41,240 nt of DNA from Bigelowiella natans CCMP2755 (taxonomy: Eukaryota > Protista > Cercozoa), in contig ADNK01003135.1 of assembly GCA_000320545.1 (NCBI GenBank), positions 1-41,240 of the forward strand. The letters run 5' to 3'. Below the pieces are notes generated by a model that saw nothing but the letters and a program-made list of their open reading frames with translations, searched no databases and had not been told where the DNA came from. Of this stretch, positions 23,839-38,446 are shown one piece after another (position 1 is the first letter of the stretch; the number at the start of each line of letters is the position of its first letter). The translations under genes and the position numbers were made by a program.

Positions 23839-26476
23839 ATAGGGAAGAAAGGGAAAAAACCAACAATGAAAGGACAACGGTGTAGCATGTCAATGAAGCA
23901 TTTTTCTTTATTCTCATTTCATTGAGGGGGAAATTTTGCTTTTAGAAAAATAATTTCCCATGTAATGATCAAATATCGATCTTGACCGTAATGGGGATTT
24001 AGCTCCCATCCAAAGTAGAAGTAAGACAGACAATAATGGTTCAATAAGAATTAGTAATAGAAAAATTGATTTACGGATTGTGCAAATTAATAGATAGAGG
24101 GTTAAGGGCCCATTATTTATTCCAATGACAAGAATTCAATTAACTGTAGGCTGATCATTGCTACTGGAGCTCTTAACTTCAAGTTTCCTTCAAGAATTGT
24201 TGTGGACAGTGAAATTAACTACAAAAATAGAAATGTTTTACCAAGTGGACAATTCAGGGAAAATCATACTGAAAAGAGTAAATATTAAATAACTTCAAGA
24301 ATTAATTAAATGCGCACTGAAAGAACGAAAGTTTAATAATTTTTGTATATAGTGCAGGAATACCAATAAAATCAGAGAAGTCATTATGATCAGCTTTTTT
24401 TAATTTTCGTCCTTTCCTTTTTCTGTGTTTTTTTAACAATATATCAAAGACAGCAGCGTTTTGCCATCAGAAGCTTTGAAAACACCACAGTTCTGGATAA
24501 TATGGCTAGGGGTACTTATACGTGATCATTATGATAAGAATCTTTATCAGTGATACATTTTCGGAATCTTTTTAGCTAAACATGAGTATGTACTTCCTCT
24601 TCTTAATTTTTATATTTTTCAATTTTGTTTAAACAATAATATTAATACCTTTTCTGGTCAAATTTTATATATTGATTTATAACTAATATATGATTATATC
24701 CAGACCTTATCACTTTATGACGTATATTTAATGTTTACCAATTAATATCATATCTGTTTATATCGTCTAATAACGTTGAAATCTTTCTTTCATCTATTAC
24801 TGTAATTTCACAGGTGGGTCTCAATAGTTCCGCAGCATATTCAATAATAGCATCAGGCAAGGTATCTATCATTGATGCCTTTATTTTATTTTGATATGCA
24901 GAATACGACAAAATCATACTCAATAGTTTTCTTCATGATACATACATACATGCATACATGTTGATAATTATATTATTCAAATAGTGAGTCAACAATAATA
25001 ATTTAACTTTATGCAACTTTACAATTTATTCCACTCATCCAGATTACATAAAACATGGATATTTCATGAATATAAATGTAAATAAACATACACTCACATA
25101 CATATACAGAAAAAGTCGCTTCTCTACATAAAAAACCACTTCCCTTATTTTTATTAGATAAAATTTCATTAATTATTCCAATTTAGACAATGATGCTAGA
25201 GACATTCGGTAGCATTTTACCGCATATTGTTACAACGAGCTTTGCTGGTTGGTATGTTGCGATGATATCTGCCTCGAATCTAACTGGTAATTTATTGAAT
25301 TATTCGTAATATCTTTGCCTTTCATATTGTTGTATCCATATCACGTGGACAGCATACTAAAACAATTCCGTTAATACTTGAAAGACATTTCACTATTTTT
25401 TTTGTAAATTGATCTGTCACTTGCCATAATTCATTTGCCTACAGGGCGGCTGCTATTCTCCTCTCTATCGGACAAAATTGGAAGAAAATTGACATTTCAC
25501 ATCCTGTGGGGATCATGCGTACCATTATATCTATTCATTCCAATGTCGATTCACTGGCTCGTTGATACAGTAATATATTATAACAACAATTTTCAGTTAA
25601 TAACCTCGTTGCTATGAACTTCAATCTTATACATAAATAATTGTCTTTTATACCAACTTTAGAATTCAACCGCACCCCTCCTATTGTTTTGTTCATCCAG
25701 TCTTCTCATTATCAGGTTTTTATATTAAAGTTTGGAATAAATACAACATGTGTTAAATTTCCCAAGTGAATCACATTTAAGAGCCCATCAATTTTTTGAA
25801 TACTTTATGTCATATTTCTCAAATGAACAATAATTATTAGTGTGCACATTTTTACATAATATTTTTAAAATTTAACATCAGTATCATTTTAGTCTTTCAT
25901 GAACATCTTACATGTTAGTAAACTAGATTAATTTTCTTAAAATAATCGACAGTTGCATGGGAGCTACTGCCGCAACATTTCCGGCCTATATTGCAGATTT
26001 GTTCGGTCCAAAATATGTTGCGGCAATACATGGACAGGTGAATAAAGAAGAAATTAATATTTGTTTGCTTATATGTTTGCGATTATGCATGTGTGTAATA
26101 ATTTAGGCGTTAATGAACCTTTAATCTTTAATTGAATGTCCATTTGACAGGTGCTTTCAGTTCTTATTCCTGCTGGTTTTCTAGGTCAATCATGTTTTTT
26201 TTCTTATGCAGACTACATGCAACAACACACATTCATACAAAAGGACACACACATACACATTTTCACACATTCATACCCATGTACATGTATTCCTTTATGT
26301 GTATGTAAGTGCGTGTGCGTGCGTTTGTGTATGTTTGTCTGTGTATGTGATTGTGTTCATGGTATGTTTGTATTTGTGTGTGTATTTGTGATTAATGATC
26401 ACTTGAAAATTTCATATGATATTTCGATAACTTATTTTATTTTAAACATTTCTTAGAAATCTATAATTTGTTTTAG

Positions 26477-26529
<53 letters not shown>

Positions 26530-26854
26530 CCAAATTAAGGTCCATTTGTGGTTTCAACCTTGCGTGAAAAAGCACTAACAGCTGCAGTACAAGATTTGGT
26601 TTGATTTTTTAGTGAAAGAGATAGCACAAATCTAATATCTTATAAATTTACAAGGCATCGAAGATTCCTTCAGAAGTATTTGAGGAGGCGTTTGGAAAAC
26701 CCCAAAGCGAGCTACAAGAACTTATGAATGCAAAGGTTTTTATCAAATTTATCACAATTCATTCATATTTATATACAGACAATTACAAAAATTATACACA
26801 CACACACACACACAAACACACATACACACCATTCTCACACATCCATGCACACCA

Positions 26855-26897
<43 letters not shown>

Positions 26898-27205
26898 AAT
26901 ATGTGTGTGTGTGGGTGTGTGTGTGGGTGTGTGTGTTTGTGTATACCCATATAATTCTGTAGTAATAACTATATATTTTATCATTCAAAGAAAGTATCAA
27001 TACTGCATAGGTTGTGACGATAAATCGATTAATGGATCTTCTTCCAGCTGGAACTGTTGATCCGTCGATTTTTATATACGACGAAACGATGGTGGTTATG
27101 TCAATATTTCATGTTATAGCTTCAGGGGTTCATTTTTTCTTTATGCGGCCTATACATCCGAAGCATTTTATGAATGCTGCAGGTTCTAAAAAAATACATC
27201 TATAG
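21551..27205 (+). CDS. MFS transporter of the oxalate:formate antiporter (OFA)/monocarboxylate type; 19 exons
   Basis: A complete in-frame splice path with GT-AG introns runs from ATG 21551 to TAG 27203-27205. Motifs: HLSLGSVFAFSVFN, ERYGPR, LLYLGYGVFGGIAMGVAYVPAVAVLLRWFPNDKGFASGLAVMGYGAG, ALKTPQFW, GRLLFSSLSDKIGRK, FPAYIADLFGPKYVAAIHG. Confidence 0.93.
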
Positions 27206-29771
27206 TTAATGAAAAAATCATCCTTCATTACAAATTTCTTAAGTTATGGTTATAAACAGACTTGCCATTAGGGAAGTATGTTTGTGAATTTTGGTATCTG
27301 CATGTGTTTATTTATATAAAGTATTTCATTTAATAAATGTAATCAAGAACGATACCTGTATGATACCTGTAGCTTCGAAACAAAATATTCTTTATATATT
27401 TATATTTTCTGTGAAAGCTGTTAAGATTGTAAGATGTGAACAAATGAGTGATTACAAAAAGCAACATTATTAGAAAGGAAGTGAAATAGCAGGAATGAAT
27501 CATATTTACTGTGTAGAAAATGTTTTTTTTATGCTCCATGCTGCTATTGCCGCAACTAGCAGGTGTTAAGACGTAGCCTACTATTTGCCTACGCTTATAC
27601 GTATTCCAATTTGTATTACGCCATTTCTGGCAGTTCTAACTATTTCGAAGGTTAAATGCGATTCATACTTATATTGCTGCGTGTTCGATGGAAAATTCAT
27701 CATGGAAAACGTAATGCCCATAATGGAGTATCATTACATAGAAATCGCTAGACTTCCAATATACCGATAGGTGACGTTAGCAAAAAATGACTTTTCACCA
27801 TTGTGTAGGTCAAGTTGATAAGAGACTGCAGCATTTGTTAAAACAACGTACTCCATGTATTGGACTCAAGTCCTCACCACGCAATTATTTCTAATGATTT
27901 GTCTTTATACTTATTCGTACATGGTTCGTATATTTCAAAACAATTGCATGTGTCGTCTTCAGTGTTCACCATCATGCCGCACACGCATGGCTATTTATTT
28001 GTTTTCATTTTCCTTCCGCTCGATCACGTTGTTATTTATCAATTAAACCTCGGGAGCGTGCTATCTTTCGATCCCGATGCGTAGTCGATCATAGTACTAG
28101 TACCATTGTGAGGCTCATCATGTGATTCGACGCGCATGCATGCGCGCATGCGATGCAATGCTCGCCGTGGACATATATATCGTGTACATGAAGAAGCTAC
28201 ATTGCAGAGTTTTGCGCTCATGCTCTATATATAATATTGCGTACTACTCAACTCCATCATGTATGCATGCATGCAATTCCGGTGCTGCGCATGTACGTAC
28301 GTGAAGGTTTAGTTGATTGCACATACGGGTTTGTGCTACTTGCATGCTAATAAAAAAAAAATCATGTCACATATGACCATGTCAGGCGAAAAGTGTGATA
28401 GGTGAGCTGCATGCGTCAGCTTTGCAATAAATGCAATGAACATGCGCGCGTTTGTTGCGCGCTTTGCAATATGGTCATTGTGAACACACTGGAATGAGTG
28501 TTAAAATTTTGGCTGTCCATCGACTAGGACATGCGATCACACTGAATTTATCTGATGTGCGAACTGAACGTGCTGCAGCGTGTGCAACGTGTCAGCGTTT
28601 GTCTGACTGGCGTTGCGCACCGCAAATTCCAGAAAATTCTGAAAAACACCCCATTTCAAACCATCAAAAATCGCACAAGTTTGGACTTCAGAAGACTTTG
28701 GATGAGCTTTGCGGATTATACGGACCATGTCATTTGTTCATCGAACCGATTGCAATCATGTGGCATGCGGTGGCTAGACGCGCAATGCCAGCCAAAAATG
28801 TAGCAAAGTGCGGCGGCGTCCGCCATCTGCTTAATGGCCATGAAAATTCCCGGTTTTCGCCTAGTTGTATTGAAGCTAGCGCTGCATGCGCATATCACAC
28901 GATCGACGCATGTTGCATGTGTTGTTGCAATCAGTCTATGCACGCACGAACGTCACAATGAAACCTGTCGATCAGCTGGCGATTGAATTCTGATCTTGCA
29001 TGAGAATGAATCATTCGGACATCGTCAGCGTTCATGTCTGAATCGAAATGAAATCTTGCTTGCTTTCTTGTCTAGCAATCACGTGTGTCGGAATAGCAGT
29101 GCCTTTAGCACGGGTGCAAATGCGTTCATTGCTGTCAATCGTTTTCGTCGGCGAAAAAACTAAGATTCAAAAGTTCTGGACAAGGACGTGCGGCTGTGCG
29201 AATTTCCAGATTTTGTTCATCTCGCACCAAGCATTGTGTGGCAATTGCATTGAAGCCCGTTTCGCTGCGTGCGCAGAGCAAATAATGGCAACAAACAATG
29301 AAATCTTTGCCAAACTAAAAAACCTGTCGCATGCATGATGCTTATTGTAATTAGCCATCGATCCATTCACAAACGGGTCTAGCTGCTAGGGGTCAAAGGC
29401 ATGCATCGACGCACAATCACATCACATCACAGCAGGTTGACAAAAGAACAATTTTCTGGAAGATCAGGGTGTAGAGAGTGCATTTCGTGGTGCGATTGTG
29501 CACCACCTCGCTATATTGCAGAACAAAATCTACAAATGATGACATCAATGCAACGATGCATGGTGTGCGTCGTCATGTGTACGTGCGCGCGCTAGCAAAC
29601 GCAATTCACACACACGACACTACGTGTGGAACAACTCATTGCACATGGAAGCTCCTTTGTGGAGCAAAATGAACTTTTATAACCTACTAACAATAGCCTA
29701 GGCATGCACAACAATAATATCATTGCGGTAATTCAAAGGATGTCGTAGCTTTAACGATTCCTAAACTATCG

Positions 29772-30088
29772 TTACAATTCGCATTCATCATCGTCATTTA
29801 GAGACATAGAACCAACCGACGCCGCCAGAAGGTCCAGATCGCCAACAGTGTCAGATGTGTCATTCTTTGCATAACTTGCCCATGAAGATGATGAGGATGA
29901 TGTTTTACTTTCTTGCTTGAGATTCCTCGCAGTGGTAGTCATTTTCTTGTTATTTGGGCGTTGACTAATAATATTATCAGTATCTCCTTCGTCGTCTTCT
30001 TCATCACTTGAATCGTCAGCATTCCAGACCTGGATGATGATGAGAAAAACGATGGTTCAGGAGGACGTGATATTATTACATACACGTA

Positions 30089-30127
<39 letters not shown>

Positions 30128-31364
30128 ACAAGCATATGCTGACGAGGATCACTACTATCAACCATAGTTTCACACATGTATGTACAAAACTTGTGAAAAA
30201 TCACAATCATCATTAATTTTGTCGGAAAAACATCAATACTTAATACATGGTGTGTTTAAAAGAAGGATTTTTAATTACTGTGCACTGCACAAAGTTCCAT
30301 TATTTGCTAGTATTATTTACATTATTAACTAAATTATTGTGATTACAATTTATAACAGTTGAGATATCCATAAGTGCTAATACTTCATTCTGCTGCTCTA
30401 CTACCATCTTTTGGTCGTCGTCATTTCCCTGGTCAACAGCATCTATCATCTCATACCCGAGTTTTCTCGCAAAATTTGAGCCCAATCTGTAGCAATATAA
30501 CAACACACAAGATACACAATACACAGGTGTATTCAGTGGAAAAATAATAACAAATAAAACCCCCCCCCGGATGAATAGGGTGAGAAGGAACATTTATTAT
30601 ATTGATGAACATAATCAACACACTCACACACACACACGCACATAATTATAATATACACAATCGTGATGATTTCGTTGTACTTAAACTAGTAACATATAGA
30701 ATGATTGGCACGCTACAACTAACTGCTGCTGCAGCTGCTAGTACAAAGCTTGATTTCTCACCCAACGTCAACTTTAGCAATACTTGATCTTCTCACTGCT
30801 GACGGAGTATTGAAAGAACCCATATCCCAGTGATTAAAACATTGGAACTTGGTATAGTTAACTACCGTTTCATAAAATGTTTGCCAAGATCTATGATGAG
30901 AGGAGGAGGAGGAGGAGAGAAAGAAAGAATTCAGTGAAACAATTTCGGTACACTATTATCGTTCTCCCCCCCCGCCCCTACTTACTTTCACCGTCATCTT
31001 TATTAGGAGGCAATTGTATTATATATATAACATATTCTGTGATACATACATACATACATGTACCAATCATTTGTTATTACTGTTACCTACTTGCTCTGCT
31101 AGCATTATCAGACTATTACTACTACTACTACTACTACTACTACTACAACTCTAAGTTGAGGGAGATGAGGATATCATCATGCTATGCTGCTGTTACGATG
31201 GTCTTGTATAGTAATGGTACTTAGTTACTACTTACGGATGGGAGAGCAGTAATGATGCTAACGCTGATGTTGATGAACCTGCTAGAAGAAACAACATAAG
31301 TATTTATTTATCAAGGAACTGCTCATCACGTACAAGAAGTACTTTCATATCAACGTTGACACAC

Positions 31365-31396
<32 letters not shown>

Positions 31397-32268
31397 ATTG
31401 TGAGGCATTCATGTATCTCTCCTCTATTCACCATTACTGGAACTCAAAAACATTTAAAAATATGGTAGAATTACGTAAAATATGATGATGATGATGATGA
31501 TGATAATGATGTTGTACACAGCTACAACCAACCTGTGCTGCTGCTAAATCTCCTTGAAGAAGCTATATCACATTGTAACTCCGCTTTAAGACGAAGATGA
31601 TTTGCTGGATGATGTATATTACATGCAATTATTAACAATGATGGGTTGCTAAATAATGTATATTACATGCAATGATTGATAATGATAATGCGGTTAAAAT
31701 AGCGACTGAATACAATTATAATTGGAATAGTAATTAACACACCGTCAGGCATCTACTACTTACTACTACAACTACTAGCAATGAATTATGTGTTGGTCTC
31801 ATCAACACTTATCGCCTCGATGCAAGTGAGTATTAGAGGAAGTAGTAGTTGTAGTTGTAGTAGTAGTAGTATCATTGATGGTATGAATCATGATATCATT
31901 TGGATGAGCAGCAGAGTTACTACTTCTACTACTACTACTACTACTACTACTTGGCATGGCTTGACTAAAGGTAGTAGTCGTACTATATTACTACCTAGTA
32001 GAGCATAGCTGCTATTTCTTAATAATAAACAACATACATCATCTTAACACTCTTTAGTAACACTAACTAGATGCTTAAATTTATAATAATAAGTACATGC
32101 TCTCTGCAATATTCTTATCATTACTACTACTACTACTAGTAGTACCTAGATGTAGAGCGTGTGCACGGGTTGAGGTAGGAGGCACTTCTTTTGAATCAAC
32201 ACTCTTTTGCATTCGCCTTTATATATATATATTCATTACTAAACATATTTACTTAACCAATATATTAC

Positions 32269-32305
<37 letters not shown>

Positions 32306-32808
32306 TAATATATATGTGTGTATGTGTGTGTGTGTGTAGGCGATTGACAACTATAATCACATTGGGTGTCATCGTATCACCAATACAATCATCATCATAA
32401 TAATCATCACAGTAGTCTGGTCCTGTTATTACTGACTTTGTAGACTATACTGATACCGATACTTATTTGCTACTACTACTTAATAGTAATCAAATCAGTG
32501 ATATTCTTCTTCTTCTTCCTTGCTGTATAGTGTCTACTACGTAATTGTTAGGAGGTAGTAGTTACTTACAACCTTAAGAGATTGCATTCTCTCAACATGA
32601 ACTGAATAGCACAGTTCTGGTCCTCCTCTGCGTCATTATTATCATTATTATCATTAATATTATTATCATTATCATCATTGTTATCGTTATTTGTTGTAGA
32701 AGGCTTTATCGTTATTATCTTGATTTGTAGTTGTATTAATGATGTTTTTATAGATAGAGCATCTGGTTCAAAGGGTATTTTTATTAGTAGGAGGCATCAT
32801 CATCATCG

Positions 32809-32842
<34 letters not shown>

Positions 32843-33278
32843 TTACTACTAATCCTATATAAGTTTTCGAGGAAAAGGAATAGCTTTGATAGTACTACCA
32901 AAAGGGGCACGATTGAGCTCATTTATAAATAACTTGGTGAATATGCTTAAGTATGCGCTACAATGCTTGCATTGACTCCATAGGTGTAGCAATCCACGCC
33001 ATGTTCTCAATGGTATTATGGGCTTGCTGCTGCTGCATCGTTGTAGAGCTTTCTGATGCTCATGATTATTACCAGCCGGGGAGGAGGAGGAGGAGGAGGA
33101 GGAGGAGGAGGAGGAGGAGGAGGAAGGGGAGGGGGTGCTTGTTGTTGTTGTTGTTGTAGGAGTACCAACAGAAACAGCAGCATTGGAGGGTTGTTTTGTA
33201 GATGATGATAGTTTGCTTGGTGGTGATAATGATGATGATAGGGCAAGAGTAGTGGAAGTTGTTGAAAATGATAGCGTA

Positions 33279-33316
<38 letters not shown>

Positions 33317-34006
33317 CTTGGTTGCTACAATAGAAACAGAATTGCCTTGATCATTATTATGCCCACCAATAGGATGATCTTGCTTATCAGATGATGACCC
33401 AGCAGCATCTTTATCACCATCATCATCATCACCATCATTAACATCACGATATTCCTGTTTCTTGTTATCATTCTTATTCTCCACATGATAATATTCTTCC
33501 ATTTTCTTTTCCAAAGCACGTACATGATTATATGCTTGATGGTAAAGAGAAAGAAGAGAAAGAAGTTTCAATTTGCATACACCAATCCTTCGTGTCACAG
33601 TAAATCCTGGTAATATTAAGAACGTATCTGTATCAACCATTCCTATTTCTACCCCATCACTAAGACGATGATCAACACCGCGTTTCTTGGACTCTCCTCC
33701 TCCTCCTCCTCCTCCTTCTATGCCGACTATATCGTCGCATATGTTATCGATATACTTGTGTAGGAAGAAGAGCACGGTATCTCTCAACATATCTGAATAA
33801 CTCGTCTTGATGTTATTAGTGGTAGTAGCGGAGTCGTCCTCACCATTACTACTAGTACCCATAAACTGAGTATGATTAGTATAACTAGGTTGTTCGTCGC
33901 CAGCATGCTGCATGCTTGTTGCTAGGATGTGCTGCAATGCCTCAATACATTCAATACGACGCTGCTCACAGCTGCTTGAAGGAGAAGAAGATGTTCTATC
34001 ACTACG

Positions 34007-34044
<38 letters not shown>

Positions 34045-36485
34045 AAGTACGATCTAAAGCTTGGTTAATGAGTGTAGGAATGAGAGAATTATCATCCAAT
34101 TTCCAAGGAGAATCTGATACTATTTGATTCATAAAGAACTCTTGCCCATGGCACCGTGCTTTGAAGATTTCCTGGTAGTATTATTATCAGTAGTTAGTTA
34201 TTATCACTAGTTATTATCACTAGTAGGAAAGGAGGAGGAGGCCAGATCATGAATACCACTCTACCACCACTTACTATTCCATCTATCAATTATATACTAG
34301 TTTTATAATTTGTAGTATTATTTTGTGAAACTTAGATTCTACAGTTAATTATGGTAACTCTCACCACCACCACCACCACCACCACCACCACCATCATCAT
34401 CATTCTTAATGATATTTATGTTATAGTATGAATATTACAGGATCTTCCCTTGTTATTCTTAATGATATTTATGTTATAGTATGAATATTACAGGATCTTC
34501 CCTTGTGGCCAATACTACCCTCGAAACCATTTCATTGATAAATCCTACTGTAGCTGCTAACATATCAGATCCAACAGTATCGGCTTTTGCAATACGACTA
34601 CATAGACCTACAACAAGGCCAAACCTGTGCGGAATAAATAAAATAGTAGTAGTACAATCATCAGCAATAAATCACCACCATTGTTTGATGTAAAATAGCA
34701 GTAGTAGTAGTAGTAGTAGTAGTACCAGCAACGGATCACCACCATTATTTGATATAAAATAGTAGTACTCACGTGTGTGTAAAGAAAGCTTGCTAATAAC
34801 ATACATATGTCTAATTACGAAGGATTAGTATGATTCATCATCACTAATTACTGATTGAGCTTCTTCTGCATGGTGTGAAGTTGCTTTGCCGCACGATGGG
34901 GGAAGTACAGGTGTAAAGGAGCAAAGAATAGGTCACAAGCAAGCTCTGACACTGTTGGCTCATGGAGATGATTTATCATGTGGAAACTTCTCTTGAGAAT
35001 AGTTGTATCACTAGCCAGTAGATCTCGAAATCGAGTAGAATACCTTCACAATTACAGAGTAGCAAGTAGTAGCAGCACACCGTTGATTTCAGACAGCAAA
35101 TGGAGAGAGTACATCAATAGAAGGATATACTTAGCAGTAAGAGAGAGAATATGATAATGGGGATGATAATAATGGTGCTTTTTGATATTAAGGTAAAGAT
35201 AGTAAAATATTGATTATGAAGTTTGAAGATGATGATAAAGATAATAGAAGTAGCTCCTACTCATCGTTTGGATACATGCTGCATGGTGATGACGACGGTG
35301 ATGATGACGATAATGATGATGGTTGATGATGCTGTTATTGTTATTGTTAGTATTGTTGTTGTTATTACCTTCTGTTAATGAAAGTGAGTGTCTTACACAA
35401 ATGAAAGAAGTTTGGCCTCGCCTCTTTCTCGGAGAAGCCCCTCATAAGCTCACTGACGATGTCATCAAATCTAGTCTCCAACAAGGTGGTCTTAGCTACA
35501 CCTTGTGCCCCATCAGTGAGCAAACGCATTACATGGTAAGAACGTCTAGTGTCCTTTTCCTCCTTTTAACAACAAACAAACACATCAAATAAAAGAGTGA
35601 TAAGATCAATTAGTAGTAGTAGTAGTAGTAGTAGTAGAGCTAATAATATAGATATAATTGGCAACTAATACGCTCAACAATTGAAAACACACGCAAGAAT
35701 GCGTCTTCTTCTTCTTCTTCTTCTTCTTCTTCTTTCTCCTCCTTCTTCCATTACAATTAAATAAACATTCTTCATCTCACAACCTGTAACCCCTTTGGCG
35801 TTATCCATCCTCGTGTAGGGAAAAACCTCTGCAGGGATTCCGTTACAAAACTGCATTGTTCCAAATCTTCTTCTTCTTCTTCTTCTTTTTCGTAATCGGT
35901 CCTTCTTCCACCATCAGAAATCATACCAACTTTGGGGGTAGTACTGAATAAAACAAAAAGAAATAACAAAAAACAATGAGAGCACTTGAAGGGAATAGAG
36001 ATGGATATACATACAAAATCAATACAGATGATTGATATACTGAGAAGCAATAACAATATCTTGTTCTATGTGTGTAGAAGATCATATGCGTAGTTGTGTG
36101 TTACGTAGGCATATTTCTTTCTCAAACTTGACATCTTGACTATATATGGGTTAATTCTTGTTGTCTCCATGTTGATGATGATGATGTACACGCGCCTCTC
36201 CCCACCCCACACATGATGAATATTCTTACTTGATCTCCTCCTCCTCGTCATCGTCATCATCAATATCGTCAAGGTCCATAGAAAATTCATTGTCGCTGCT
36301 GTTAAGTGAGAGGGGGCTGGCCTTCTTTTTCATTTTCTTCTTGTTATTCATCTGCCCCTCGTCGTCGCAATCATGCTTTGGTAAAGTTCTGGTGATAAAC
36401 GACACTAATAGACGAGCAACATTGCTATCCAGGAGGAATTCTAGCATCTTTTTGTTCAGAAAGGGCTCCTAATCGATGATGATGG

Positions 36486-36520
<35 letters not shown>

Positions 36521-36658
36521 GGGTGATAATAATAACACGAGGAAGGAAACAAACATATACAGCACCAACACTAACAGCAGTAGTAGCAAGTATTATCAAG
36601 TAAAACGAATTATTCTCCTGGTTTATGATGACCATAGCTACATAGCAGTAGCAGCAGC

Positions 36659-36689
<31 letters not shown>

Positions 36690-36998
36690 TGATGGTAGAG
36701 GAAGTCAATAAGCATCCCCCCCCACTTAGTATGTATAGTGTGAGTGTTTGAGTTGTAGTCGATATTTACTACTAAAGACTAGAAGGAATAGATCCTTGTA
36801 TTCTACTCTTTATCACTTTCACATTTATTCCTTTGAATATTTAATCATTTGGGCAATTATTACTATCTTAGTAGTTATCTGTCTCTTACTGACCGTAAGA
36901 TCAAGAAGATCTGCAAGAATCTTGAAGTCACGATCTCTTTTCGCCTTAAAATCCTCATTTGTGCTGCTACTACTACCACCCCCCCCCTTTCTCTTCGG
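29772..36998 (-). CDS. SAPS (SIT4/PP6 phosphatase-associated)-like helical protein, multi-exon, with large low-complexity inserts; 5' end unresolved
   Basis: Spliced segments: FKILADLLDLT|EPFLNKKMLEFLLDSNVARLLVSFITR (cf. SAPS N-terminal 'N.KLIEFL....L..LV.FI'), RSYHVMRLLTD...PNFFHLCK, the 425-aa ORF 32855-34132 (...WRGLLHLWSQCKHCSAYLSIFTKLF), GLGSNFARKLGY, and a last exon ending DDDECEL* (TAA at 29772-29774). The family assignment is from remembered motif similarity. Confidence 0.6.
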
Positions 36999-37086
36999 CT
37001 GTCAACAAACAAATACATATGGTATATATCGTGAGATGATGATGATGATGGCTGTCAACAAACAATACATATGGTATATATCGTGA

Positions 37087-37119
<33 letters not shown>

Positions 37120-37399
37120 CATAGGATAACATCAAGAAGACGAAGAACAAAAAAAACAACGACATTATTCGCCTCCTCCTCCTCTAGTATTTGTCAAGAA
37201 AGAGGAGAGTTTAAACATTGCTGTAGGTTTCTCTATGTAGTAGCTACCTTGATTATTATTATTATTATTATCAATTATCATTATTAATCCTCATCATTCT
37301 CCTCCTCCTCATCATCATCATCATCATTATCATCATTATCACCATCGGTTGTTCAATATTAGTAGTCATACTACTACTTCTTCTTCTACTACTACTACT

Positions 37400-37746
37400 A
37401 CTTCTACTACTACTTGACCATTGATCTCCTCCTCCTCCTCCTCCTCCTCCTCCTCATCATCATCATCATCATCATCATCGACTACTACTACTACTACTAC
37501 TGCTACTACTACTACCTGGGCATCATCCACCACCATCGTCATCATAGGTTGTTCATCTGATGATGCTCTCACCATATCGTCAAGATCTCCTGATATAATA
37601 CCAGCACCATCCCCTCCTCTCTTCTTTACAGGGGTTGTAAAGAGTGGTGATGAAGGCTAAGATTTGGAGAGGGTAGAAAAGATGCAGAGGGGGAGAAGAT
37701 TATATCAGAAGAATGCAAGAAATAAAAGGATATGATGAAGATTATG

Positions 37747-37778
<32 letters not shown>

Positions 37779-38414
37779 GCAGTGTGTGGTGATGATAAGT
37801 GGCTACTACTATTACTACTACTACTACTGCAGTGTGTGGTGATGGTAAGTGGCTACTACTATTACTACTACTACTACTGCAGTGTGTGGTGATGGTAAGT
37901 GGCTACTATTACTACTACTACTACTACTGCAGTGTGTGGTGATGATAAGTGGCTACTACTATTACTACTACTACTACTGCAGTGTGTGGGTGATGATAAG
38001 TGGCTACTATTACTACTACTACTACTACTGCAGTGTGTGGTGATGATAAGTGGCTACTACTACTACTACTACTACTACTGCAGTGTGTGGTGATGGTAAG
38101 TGGCTACTATTACTACTACTACTACTACTACTGCAGTGTGTGGTGATGATAAGTGGCTACTACTATTACTACTACTACTACTGCAGTGTGTGGTGATGAT
38201 AAGTGGCTACTACTACTACTACTACTACTACTACTGCAGTGTGTGGTGATGGTAAGTGGCTACTATTACTACTACTACTACTACTACTGCAGTGTGTGGT
38301 GATGATAAGTGGCTAGTTGGTGATAGGCTACTGAATAATAGATTACGACATCTATTATCATCATCATCATCTTCTTTACCCACAGATAACGGCGTTTGTT
38401 TGTTTGTTTGTACA

Positions 38415-38446
<32 letters not shown>

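Noticed and set aside
28039-29672. Cluster of Cys/His-rich ORFs (e.g. 28452-28961) as zinc-finger genes
   Set aside because: Same stop-codon-loss artefact; no recognisable motif spacing.
21551-29774. Non-standard genetic code or non-canonical introns in the host
   Set aside because: The MFS gene splices completely with GT-AG introns, has no internal stops and ends in TAG; the SAPS-like gene ends in TAA.
37747-38312. CRISPR-like array
   Set aside because: The 'spacers' are all (CTA)n variants rather than unique sequences; the context is a eukaryotic intron with no cas genes.
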